Below are positions 1 through 8,240 of a stretch of DNA of 64,000 bases, piece by piece; within the stretch, counting starts at the first letter, position 1, and each line of letters starts with the position of its first letter. The DNA lies in NCBI GenBank assembly GCA_047601445.1, contig JASGJH010000001.1, forward strand, positions 4,864,001 through 4,928,000. Reading direction: 5' to 3'. The notes beneath the pieces are model-generated. The model saw only the letters and a list, made by a program, of their open reading frames with translations, made no database searches and was not told the origin of the DNA. The stretch comes from Myxococcales bacterium (GTDB lineage: Bacteria > Myxococcota_A > Polyangia > Polyangiales > DASUME01). Both the position numbers and the translations under genes were made by a program.

Positions 1-652
1 CGACCCGCCCAGCTTCGCCGATGGCGAACGCGCGGGCCTGATCACGCGCGCCGCCTTGCTGGCCACCGGCTCGGCCAACACGCGCCCGATCATGAAGGGC
101 GTGACCATCCGCGAGCGCCTGTTGTGCGACACGCTCGACCCGCCGCCCGCGAACGCCGGCAAGAACCCGCCCGACCTGTCGCCGACCCTCACCACCCGCG
201 AGGTCGTCACGGCACTCACCGAGCAGCCCGGCAGCTCCTGCGCCGGTTGCCACCAGTACAACATCAACCCGCTCGGGTTCGCGACCGAGAACTTCGACGC
301 CCTGGGTCGCGCCCGCGACGCCCAGAAGCTGTTCTCGTCGGACGGCTCGCTGCTCACGCAGAAGCCCATCGACACCGAGAGCACGCCCCAGGTGTGGCTG
401 GGGGACAAGACGGACTCCACGGGCCCGCAGGACCTGATGAAGCTCCTGTCCGACAGCGGCAAGGTCGAGGCCTGCTTCGCCCGTCAGTTCGTACGCTTCG
501 CCCAGGCTCGCGCCGAGGACGAGGCCGTGGACGGCTGCGGCCTGGAAGCCGTGCGTGCCTCACTCTCCGCGGGCGACAGCTTCCGCACCGCGCTTCGCAA
601 GTTCGCTCTGCTGCCGGCCTTCCGGCAGCGCCTTGTCGGCGACAACGGCTGA
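1..652 (+). CDS. 5'-truncated DUF1592/DUF1588/DUF1585-type protein with a CxxCH heme-binding motif
   Basis: Frame is open from the window start (DPPSFADGERAGLITRAALLATGSANTRPIMKG...RERLLC...PPP), followed by CAGCH...INPLGFATENFDALGR, the typical DUF1588 signature. Confidence 0.8.
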   Translation, partial: DPPSFADGERAGLITRAALLATGSANTRPIMKGVTIRERLLCDTLDPPPANAGKNPPDLSPTLTTREVVTALTEQPGSSCAGCHQYNINPLGFATENFDALGRARDAQKLFSSDGSLLTQKPIDTESTPQVWLGDKTDSTGPQDLMKLLSDSGKVEACFARQFVRFAQARAEDEAVDGCGLEAVRASLSAGDSFRTALRKFALLPAFRQRLVGDNG

Positions 653-688
653 CTCTTGAACTAGCGCTTCAGCTTCGAGCCTTGGTTT

Positions 689-725
689 GAGGGAGGAGCC
701 GCAAGGCCCTCCCTCTTCTCGTTTC
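689..725 (+). terminator. Probable intrinsic terminator
   Basis: GAGGGAGG-A-GCC-GCAA-GGC-CCTCCCTC hairpin with a GNRA loop and a T-rich tail, 36 nt after the stop at 652. Confidence 0.55.
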
Positions 726-1129
726 CGTCACGCGGTTCACCGCGCCGTCACCGAAGCTCCCCGCTCGTGTGGCGTCCTGGCCGCCCACCATCGCACACAG
801 CGCGCGGGGCCGACTCCCAGCGTGGAGCCCTCGTCAAACGACGCGTGCGGCCGTGCAAAGCGCCCCTCACGGGGAGTGCCGTGCTGCGCAGAATCGGCCC
901 ATTTCCCGGATTTTCGCGCGACCTTTAGCGAGAAGCGCACGCGCTCTCCGCAGCGCCGAAGCGCGCTCGCGTCCCCCAAGCAGCAAGCGCATCCAGGTCC
1001 CAACGCGCCCTCGCGCAGCACCGTGCGCGGAGTTTTGTGAACTCCTCGTTTACGTAGCTCTTACGAGCTTGTTGCGCGGAGCTCGCCAAGTTGATCCATG
1101 GTGTACCTATCGTGTTTCTCACAAAGGGC

Positions 1130-2701
1130 ATGTCTTCGACGACGCAACACGATGCTTCGCGCCGCGGCCCCGCGATTGGGCAGAAGCCTAGCGCCTCACC
1201 GGGACGCGAAGGACAGTTCAACTACCTCTTGCTGTCGGACGTCCACCTGGGCTCCGACATCATCCCGCACATGCGACCGTGGGCCAAAGAGTCCTGGTTG
1301 CTGCACGAAGCCGAGGTGGACGCTCACCTCGTGGGCCTGCTCGAGCACTACCGCCGTGAGCGCGATCCCGAGCGCCCCTGGTGCCTGATCCTGGCCGGCG
1401 ACTTCGTGGATCTGGTGGGCGTCTCCATCAGCCCCGAGTCTCCGCTGCGCACCGAGCCTACCCGCGACGAACGCGTGTACGGGCTGGGCAGCGCCTCCGA
1501 CCACGTGGTGCAGAAGATGCGCGCCATCGCCGACCGCCACGTCAGCGTGTTCCGTGCCCTGGCCGACTTCGTCGCCGACGGGCATCGACTCGTGGTCGTG
1601 CGCGGCAACCACGACGTGGAACTGCACTGGCACGCCGCACAGCGAGCCTTCGTCAAGAGCATCACGCAGCACGCTCCGCGCGAACAACGCGAGGGCATGC
1701 GCTCGCGCATCGAGATCTGCCCCTGGTTCTTCGTGGTGGACGGACTGCTCTATGTGGAGCACGGGCACGAGTTCGACGCCATGTGCAGCTACGGGGATCC
1801 CTTGATGCCCACCTGCATGCGAGATCCGCGTCGCATCAACGCCACGCCATTCTCGGTGCTGCTGCGTCAGGTGGCGCGACCCACGCGGGGTCTGCGTGCA
1901 GCCGGCTATCAATACGTCGGCATGGGAGAGTATCTGCGGCTCTTGGTCCACCTGGGCGTACGCGGCAGCGTGCGCATCGCGGGCCACTTCGCCCGCGCGA
2001 GTTACCTGCTCCTGCGCGAGTGCTACACGAGCCTGGTGGTGAGGAAGCCACGCCGTGAACGCAATGCGCGTGCGCGGCACGAGCTTTTCGCCGCTCGCAA
2101 GGGCGTCTGCTCGAGCACGCTCGAGCGACTTCGCCAGCTGTACGTCGCGCCGGCCACCAAGAGCTTTGGCGCCGTGCTGCGCAGCCTCTACCTGGATCGC
2201 GTGCTGACCTCCATCCTCGCTCTCGCCGTGGGCGGTTGCGGGATCTTGGTGGCCGAGCGTGCCGACCTGCTGCCGGTGGGAAGCTGCCTTCTGCTGTCCC
2301 TCCTTCTATTGATGTATACGCTGCTGGGCGGCGGCAAGAACACCTCCCCCACCGAGCGCATGCGACGCAGCGCAGCAAAAATTGCCGCACTGTTCGGGAC
2401 TCGCTACGTCGTAATGGGGCATACCCACGAGCCCGTGTTCGACGAGGTCGCGCCCGACGTGCGCTACGTGAACCTCGGCAGTTGGGGTGAGGACGATCCG
2501 CCCGAAGAGCGCGGCGCCCACGACGTGCCCAGCCCCTGCTCGTTCATGCAGCTGCGCTATCAGCATGGCGATTACCAGTGCCAGTTCTTGCGCTGGGATA
2601 GCCGACGCGGCCCCGTGCCCTTCCACGTGCCGACCCCGCTCAGCGCATCCGAGCAGCCCGGCTTCGCTCCTGCCGGTCCCTACTCCGCAGCTCAGGGCTG
2701 A
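1130..2701 (+). CDS. Calcineurin-like metallophosphoesterase with C-terminal transmembrane helices
   Basis: Motifs SDVHLG, GDFVD, GNHD, EHGH and GHTH; two hydrophobic segments before GHTH; start uncertain (1091 or 1130). Confidence 0.8.
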   Translation: MSSTTQHDASRRGPAIGQKPSASPGREGQFNYLLLSDVHLGSDIIPHMRPWAKESWLLHEAEVDAHLVGLLEHYRRERDPERPWCLILAGDFVDLVGVSISPESPLRTEPTRDERVYGLGSASDHVVQKMRAIADRHVSVFRALADFVADGHRLVVVRGNHDVELHWHAAQRAFVKSITQHAPREQREGMRSRIEICPWFFVVDGLLYVEHGHEFDAMCSYGDPLMPTCMRDPRRINATPFSVLLRQVARPTRGLRAAGYQYVGMGEYLRLLVHLGVRGSVRIAGHFARASYLLLRECYTSLVVRKPRRERNARARHELFAARKGVCSSTLERLRQLYVAPATKSFGAVLRSLYLDRVLTSILALAVGGCGILVAERADLLPVGSCLLLSLLLLMYTLLGGGKNTSPTERMRRSAAKIAALFGTRYVVMGHTHEPVFDEVAPDVRYVNLGSWGEDDPPEERGAHDVPSPCSFMQLRYQHGDYQCQFLRWDSRRGPVPFHVPTPLSASEQPGFAPAGPYSAAQG

Positions 2702-3009
2702 AAAAAGCAGACGCGCCTCGCTTCGCTGCGCCCTCACAGCTCCCTCTCAATTGATAGGAAGCGCGCGCTCGATTGACGGCACCGTGCATCCGATGCTGGC
2801 GCGGCCACGACTTGAACGCCTTTCGGGCGCTGACTGTGGCAAAAAACAGCGGAATTGCGGGTTGGAGAGCTCCGACTTAGGGGATTCTTTCCCTTCTCTC
2901 CATCACCCCGTTTTTTTCTCGAGGCGCCTCATAATCGCCTAGGGCTGACCCCACTCTAAGATACAGGCTCGACACACACAGCCTGGCCAACTTCGTAGAA
3001 GCTACCTCA

Positions 3010-3079
3010 GTCCCGCTCCCCACCCTTCACTTCCCCACCCTCCGATTCTTCCCCCCTGTGTGGGGAGCGGGACGCTTTT
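3010..3079 (+). promoter_or_regulatory. Perfect 14-bp inverted repeat upstream of the peptide gene (structured leader or terminator)
   Basis: GTCCCGCTCCCCAC (3010-3023) pairs with GTGGGGAGCGGGAC (3060-3073), followed by GCTTTT. Confidence 0.45.
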
Positions 3080-3144
3080 ACGCAAAATGTGCCGGCACCT
3101 TCAGGTGCTGATCACGACCGAACCAACCAACCAGGAGAACGACA

Positions 3145-3336
3145 ATGAACGAAAACATGCTGGTTTCCCTTGATGACGCGGCCCTTGAAGACGTGAACGG
3201 TGGCCTCTCGGTCAACCTCGGCGTGAACGATCAGAGCATCGTGTCCGCCAGCCTTGACCTCAAGAACGGCATCGCCGCCAGCCTCAGCCTCTTCGGCAAG
3301 AACCTCGTCAAGCTCAGCCTCAGCATCTTCGGCTGA
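3145..3336 (+). CDS. Double-glycine-leader precursor peptide (bacteriocin/microcin-like substrate of the adjacent exporter)
   Basis: RBS AGGAG at 3133-3137; leader MNENMLVSLDDAALEDVNGG fits the LxxxxLxxVxGG consensus; 43-aa core; directly upstream of a C39-ABC transporter operon. Confidence 0.85.
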   Translation: MNENMLVSLDDAALEDVNGGLSVNLGVNDQSIVSASLDLKNGIAASLSLFGKNLVKLSLSIFG

Positions 3337-3356
3337 TCCTGCCTTTGGCAGGAACG

Positions 3357-3397
3357 CACCGGGCTCACCACCGCCGGCGAGCCCGGTGTTTTCTTTT
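3357..3397 (+). terminator. Intrinsic terminator after the precursor peptide gene
   Basis: Stem CACCGGGCTC/GAGCCCGGTG followed by TTTTCTTTT; a second small hairpin TCCTGCC-TTT-GGCAGGA lies at 3337-3353. Confidence 0.75.
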
Positions 3398-3449
3398 CAG
3401 CGCTCTGAATCTGCGCCATTCTACTCGTTCACCGCTCTAGGCTTTCTTT

Positions 3450-4430
3450 ATGTCTGACCGCGTGATCGTTAGTCTCGCAGCCATCCCTATGATCTCGGGA
3501 GCAGTGCTCCTGGTGGCCTTCCAGCGCGCACCTGCGCTCCACGCGGCCGCTCCCAAGGGACAGCGCGCAGCAGCGGTCGCCGGCCAGGACCAGAAGCACA
3601 GCACCACGTGGGTGGGTGTTATCTCCGCCGGCAACACGGCCGAGCTAGCCGCCGAGGCCGACGGCAAGGTCACCGAGGTGTGGCTCGAGGCCGGCGCTCG
3701 CGTGAAGGCGGACCAGCAGATCCTGCAGATTGATAGCAGCGATGCCGCAGGCGCCCTGGGCATGGCCAGCGCCGAGCTGGGTCAGCGCTCGTCCGAGATC
3801 GCCCGCGCCTCGGCCCGACTCGAGGAAGCCCGCGCCAAGCTCGGCCGCCTCAAGGCCGGCGGAAAATGGATTGCGGATCACGAGATCGCCCAAGCCGCCG
3901 CCGAGGCACGCATGGCCGAGGCGGAGTATCGAGGAGCCCAGGCAGCTGCCCAGATGGGTCGCGCCAAGGTTCACATGCAGAAGAACCGAGAGGCTCGCTA
4001 TCGCTTGCGCGCCCCCTTCGACGGCACCCTGGTGACCTGTGATGTCGACCCCGGGGATAGCGTGCGCGCTGGGCAGGTGCTGGCCCGAGTCATCAGTGAC
4101 GATCGCCAGGTACGCTTCGCGCTGCCTCCCGATCAGGCTCCCCAGGAGGGCGAGTTCGAAGTCCTTGTGCGAGATCCCCTGTCGGACCGCAGTATGATCA
4201 CCAAGATCAAGACCGTGAAACCCGAGATTGATACCTCTGCCCAGCTCGTATTCGCCACCGCGGTGCTAGCCCTCGACCAGAACCAGCTCAAGACCTGGCT
4301 GCCGGGAACCCGAGTGGAAGTGTCGCCTTCGAATCAGGCTTCCGCCATCATGCACAACGAGCAGTTCGCTCCCGTGGCCGCCGGCGCTACCGACAAGCCC
4401 AGCGTGCCCGCCCTGCCGCGAGAGCGGTGA
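3450..4430 (+). CDS. Periplasmic adaptor / membrane fusion protein (HlyD/RND MFP family)
   Basis: N-terminal TM helix, lipoyl half-motifs (GKVTEVWLEAGARVKADQ; LRAPFDG...VDPGDSVRAGQ) and an alpha-hairpin coiled coil. Confidence 0.85.
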   Translation: MSDRVIVSLAAIPMISGAVLLVAFQRAPALHAAAPKGQRAAAVAGQDQKHSTTWVGVISAGNTAELAAEADGKVTEVWLEAGARVKADQQILQIDSSDAAGALGMASAELGQRSSEIARASARLEEARAKLGRLKAGGKWIADHEIAQAAAEARMAEAEYRGAQAAAQMGRAKVHMQKNREARYRLRAPFDGTLVTCDVDPGDSVRAGQVLARVISDDRQVRFALPPDQAPQEGEFEVLVRDPLSDRSMITKIKTVKPEIDTSAQLVFATAVLALDQNQLKTWLPGTRVEVSPSNQASAIMHNEQFAPVAAGATDKPSVPALPRER

Positions 4431-4433
4431 GCA

Positions 4434-5369
4434 ATGGCCACGCTGTTCCGCAAAGAAGCCGTCGAGCATCAGCGCAAGCGCATGGCTGCGCGCTCGGACC
4501 TGCTGCGCATCTCACCCGGCTCGACGGCCTGGATGTTCCGCATCCTGTGCGCCGCGCTGCTGGTCTCGTTGTTCTTCATGGTGGTGGGCAAGCTCAGTGA
4601 GTACGCCACCGGTCCTGCGGTAGTGCGCATCGAAGGTCGCACCACGTTGACCGCGGATTGGCCCGCCCTGGTGAGCAAGGTCCGGGTAGCTCCGGGCGAT
4701 CGCGTCAAGCAGGGTGACCTGCTGGTGCAGTTGTATGCCTCCGAGGAGGCCGCCGAATTCGAGGCGGTCTCGCAAGAGTTCAACGACCAGCTGAGCAAGC
4801 TCCTGAACAGTCCCGACGACGTCACCGCGCGAGAAGCACTGGTGTCGCTGCGCATGCGCCGGGACCTCGCCCGCTCACGCCTCGACCAGCGTTCGCTGCG
4901 CGCGCCCCACGACGGCGTCGTCGGTGACGTGCGCGTGCGCCCGGGTCAGATGCTGGAGGCGGGCATGTCGGTGCTCGAGCTGGTGGGCGAGCAAGCGTCG
5001 GCCACGGTGATCGCCATGCTACCCGGTCGCTATCGCCCCTTGATCAAGTCAGGCGCGGCGATTCGCTTCGAGATCGAAGGTTTCCATCGCCGCACGCAGG
5101 AGCTGGAGATCTCGGGCGTGGCCGACCAAGTGGTGGGTCCCGCCGAGGCGGCCCGCTACATCGGGAAAGATCTCTCCGATGCCTTCCCGGTGCAGGGCCC
5201 TGTGGTGTTGGTACAGGCCCAGTTGCCCTCGGACTACTTCGAAGCGGAAGGAACCCGCTTTCAATACGCGCACGGCATGCACGGCCGTGCCGAGACCGTG
5301 GTGCGCGATGAGCCCGTCGCATACGCGTTTTTGCCAGGGCTTAGACAGTGGGTAGAGCGTGTCTGGTGA
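4434..5369 (+). CDS. HlyD-family secretion adaptor of the peptide-exporter type
   Basis: N-terminal LFRKEA motif, TM helix, VAPGDRVKQGDLL and LRAPHDGVV lipoyl motifs; overlaps the ABC gene start. Confidence 0.85.
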   Translation: MATLFRKEAVEHQRKRMAARSDLLRISPGSTAWMFRILCAALLVSLFFMVVGKLSEYATGPAVVRIEGRTTLTADWPALVSKVRVAPGDRVKQGDLLVQLYASEEAAEFEAVSQEFNDQLSKLLNSPDDVTAREALVSLRMRRDLARSRLDQRSLRAPHDGVVGDVRVRPGQMLEAGMSVLELVGEQASATVIAMLPGRYRPLIKSGAAIRFEIEGFHRRTQELEISGVADQVVGPAEAARYIGKDLSDAFPVQGPVVLVQAQLPSDYFEAEGTRFQYAHGMHGRAETVVRDEPVAYAFLPGLRQWVERVW

Positions 5370-8079
5370 GGCCAAACCTAGCGAGCCCGCGAAGCAAAAG
5401 ACGCGCGTGCTTGGTCTGGGGAGGGAGCGCAGCATCCCGTTCGTTCCCCAGCTCACACCCACCGATTGTGGCACCGCTTGTGTGGCGGCCATCCTGGCGT
5501 TCCACGGCAAGAACATCCCGATCGGCAACATTCGTCAAGCCCTGGGCGGCGGGCGCAACGGCGTATCCGCGCGTCAGCTGGTGCAGGTCTCGCGCAGTCT
5601 GGGTCTGCGCGCGCGCGGCGTGGCAGTCGAGCCGAAGAGCCTGCCTTTCCTGCCCACGGCGAGCATCCTGCACTGGGATCTCAACCACTTCGTGGTCTTC
5701 CACAAGTGCGACACCAAGTTCCTCTACATCGTCGACCCGGCGGTGGGTCGCCGCAAGATCCCGCTGGCGGAGGCCTCCAAGTCGCTGACTGGCGTGGCCA
5801 TCGTGTTGGAGCCCGGCGAGGGCTTCGTGCGCGAGAAGGGCGCCACGCGCACGCGCTGGAACCGCTACAAGGACTGGATCCTCGGCGTACGCGGGCTGTG
5901 GGGGCGCATCCTCCTCACCTCGTTCTTCTTGCAGATGTTGTCGCTGGCGTTGCCGGGTTTGATGGGCGCGCTGGTCGACAAGGTGGTGCCGCGCAACGAC
6001 ACGCAGCTGCTCACGCTGGTGAGCTCCGCGTTCCTCAGCGTCACCTCGTTCTACTTCTTGTCCTCGTTCTTGCGCGCGCGCCTGCTCCTGCACCTGCGCA
6101 CCAAGGTCGAGGCCCGCATGTCGTTCGACTTCGTCGAGCACCTGTTCGCCCTGCCATACTCGTTCTTCCAGCAGCGCACCACGGGCGACCTGATGATGCG
6201 CATGAGCAGCCAGAACGCGATCCGCGAGATCCTCACCACCGGTGCGCTCTCCGCGTTGCTCGACGGCATCATGGTGCTCGTCTACTTCGCGCTGCTGATG
6301 GGCGCCTCGTGGCAGCTCGGCCTGGTGGCGCTCGGCATCGCGGGATTGCAGGTGGTGGTCTACCTCTATGCCGGCAAGAAGAACGCCGACTTGATGGCCG
6401 AGAACCTGGCCGCGCAGTCGCAGCTCGAGGGCTATCAGGTCGAGATGCTGTCGGGCGTCGAGACGCTCAAGTCGATGGGCGCGGAGAACAAGGCCACCGA
6501 GCGCTGGACCGATCTCTACGTCAACGTGCTCAATGCCTCGCTCGAGCGCGGTGAGTTGGGCGTGACTTTCCAGGCCCTGGTGAGCACGCTGCGCTTCGCG
6601 GGCCCGGTGGTGCTGATGTTGATGGGCGCCCACCTGGTGCTCACGGGTTCGCTCTCCCTTGGCATCATGCTGGCGCTGTCGTCGCTGGGCGCGGGCTTCC
6701 TCGATCCCATCACGAACCTCGTGAATACGGGCATGGAGATCTCCCAGCTCAAGAGCTACATGGCGCGCCTCGAAGACGTGCTCGATGCCGAGGTCGAGCA
6801 GAAGGGCGCGGCTTCGAGCCCCACGGAGCTGCAGGGTTCCATCGAGATCCGCAACCTGTCGTTCCGCTATCCCAGCGAGCCCAAGCCTGTGCTCGACGAT
6901 ATCCGCCTGGACATCGGGCGCGGCGAGAGCGTGGCCATCGTGGGCTCGTCGGGCTCCGGCAAGTCCACGCTGGCGCGCCTGATCGCAGGCCTGTACCAGC
7001 CCACCACGGGCATCGTGCTGTTCGACGGCACCGAGATGTCGCAGTGGAACCTCACCTCGCTACGCGAGAAGCTGGGCATCGTCACGCAGGACACGCGCCT
7101 CTTCTCGGGGAGCATCCGGGACAACATCACGCTGTTCGAGCCCACCGTGCCGCTCGAGGCGGTGGAGGAAGCCGCCGAGCTCGCGTGTCTGCATACGGAC
7201 ATCGCGGCCATGCCCATGCTGTACGACACCATGCTGGCGGACGGCGGCACGTCGCTCTCGGGTGGGCAGCGGCAGCGTCTTTCGCTGGCGCGCGCCTTGC
7301 TGCGCAAGCCGAACGTGTTGGTGCTGGACGAGGCCACGAGCGCGCTCGATACGGTGACCGAGCAGAAGGTCCAGGAGCGCCTGCGGACCCTCAACTGCAC
7401 GCGCGTGATCATCGCGCACCGCCTGAGCACCATCGTCGAGGCGGACAAGATCGTGGTGCTCGAGCACGGCAAGCTGATGGGCATCGGACGCCACGAAGAT
7501 CTCTTGATCAGTTGCCCGACCTATCAAGCCTTGATCCGCGCACAGCAGGATGCCCCCAAGGGCGCCAGCAGCTTCGCGCAGCGCATCAAGGCCGAGCGCA
7601 CCGCGGTCTCCAGGCCGCCCACGGCGGCCTCCCCCAGCGCGGCCCCGGCGACCCGAGCTCCCTACACATCGGCGCCACCAGGCATGGACCCCTCCCGAGC
7701 GCCCCTGGCCTCGCCGCACACGCCCTCGCCCTCGCGGGCGCCTCTGCCTTCGCAGCACACGCCCTCGCCTTCGCGGGCACCACTGGCGTCGCCGCACACG
7801 CCCTCGCCCTCGCGGGCACCACTCGCGTCGCCGCACACGCCCTCGCCCTCGCGGGCGCCTGTGCCCTCTCAGTACCCACCGTCCCCCTCGCGCGCGCCAC
7901 AACAGCCCGCGCCACAAGGAGGGTCGTCCTCACGTGCGCCGCAAACCGCCCCTCAAGGGACTCCTCCGCCGCGCGCGCCGCAGTCCGTACCGCCGCAAGG
8001 GTTGTCGCCTTCGGTGCCCCAGAGCGCCGGCCCAGAGCTCCCCGCCGATCCCATCGTGCTCACCCAGCGCAAGCGGTGA
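5359..8079 (+). CDS. Peptidase-containing ABC transporter (C39 peptidase, TMD, NBD) with a Pro-rich C-terminal tail
   Basis: C39 motifs QLTPTDCG, NHFVV and IVDPA; Walker A GSSGSGKST, signature LSGGQRQR, Walker B VLVLDEAT, and IAHRLST. Confidence 0.93.
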   Translation: MSGEAKPSEPAKQKTRVLGLGRERSIPFVPQLTPTDCGTACVAAILAFHGKNIPIGNIRQALGGGRNGVSARQLVQVSRSLGLRARGVAVEPKSLPFLPTASILHWDLNHFVVFHKCDTKFLYIVDPAVGRRKIPLAEASKSLTGVAIVLEPGEGFVREKGATRTRWNRYKDWILGVRGLWGRILLTSFFLQMLSLALPGLMGALVDKVVPRNDTQLLTLVSSAFLSVTSFYFLSSFLRARLLLHLRTKVEARMSFDFVEHLFALPYSFFQQRTTGDLMMRMSSQNAIREILTTGALSALLDGIMVLVYFALLMGASWQLGLVALGIAGLQVVVYLYAGKKNADLMAENLAAQSQLEGYQVEMLSGVETLKSMGAENKATERWTDLYVNVLNASLERGELGVTFQALVSTLRFAGPVVLMLMGAHLVLTGSLSLGIMLALSSLGAGFLDPITNLVNTGMEISQLKSYMARLEDVLDAEVEQKGAASSPTELQGSIEIRNLSFRYPSEPKPVLDDIRLDIGRGESVAIVGSSGSGKSTLARLIAGLYQPTTGIVLFDGTEMSQWNLTSLREKLGIVTQDTRLFSGSIRDNITLFEPTVPLEAVEEAAELACLHTDIAAMPMLYDTMLADGGTSLSGGQRQRLSLARALLRKPNVLVLDEATSALDTVTEQKVQERLRTLNCTRVIIAHRLSTIVEADKIVVLEHGKLMGIGRHEDLLISCPTYQALIRAQQDAPKGASSFAQRIKAERTAVSRPPTAASPSAAPATRAPYTSAPPGMDPSRAPLASPHTPSPSRAPLPSQHTPSPSRAPLASPHTPSPSRAPLASPHTPSPSRAPVPSQYPPSPSRAPQQPAPQGGSSSRAPQTAPQGTPPPRAPQSVPPQGLSPSVPQSAGPELPADPIVLTQRKR
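7693..7899 (+). repeat. Coding 39-nt tandem repeat, about 5 copies (SRAPLASPHTPSP)
   Basis: Units start at 7693, 7732, 7771, 7810, 7849 and partially 7888, all in frame in the transporter tail. Confidence 0.9.
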
Positions 8080-8240
8080 GGGCCGCCTCGCCGCGTCGCC
8101 TCGTCCAGGCTCCACGCGATCAAAGTTCGTTCGCGTAGCGAAGCATGAGCAGCGCGAAGCAGCCCCGCGAGGCCGCGCGGCGCGCATGGAACGCCCGACG
8201 CAGCCCCAACGTTGGCGACGATTTCCGTAGGCGCCACGAC

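Noticed and set aside
3092..3110. Possible sigma54 promoter GGCAC...TGC before the peptide gene
   Set aside because: Spacing is GG-N11-GC rather than the required GG-N10-GC; better explained as a small hairpin.
3145..3336. Peptide as a lanthipeptide or azole-containing RiPP precursor
   Set aside because: The core has no Cys and no modifying enzyme is encoded in the window; modification in trans cannot be excluded.
7693..7899. 39-nt periodic repeat as a possible CRISPR array
   Set aside because: Units are contiguous with no unique spacers, vary at synonymous positions and lie in frame in a CDS; no cas genes in the window.
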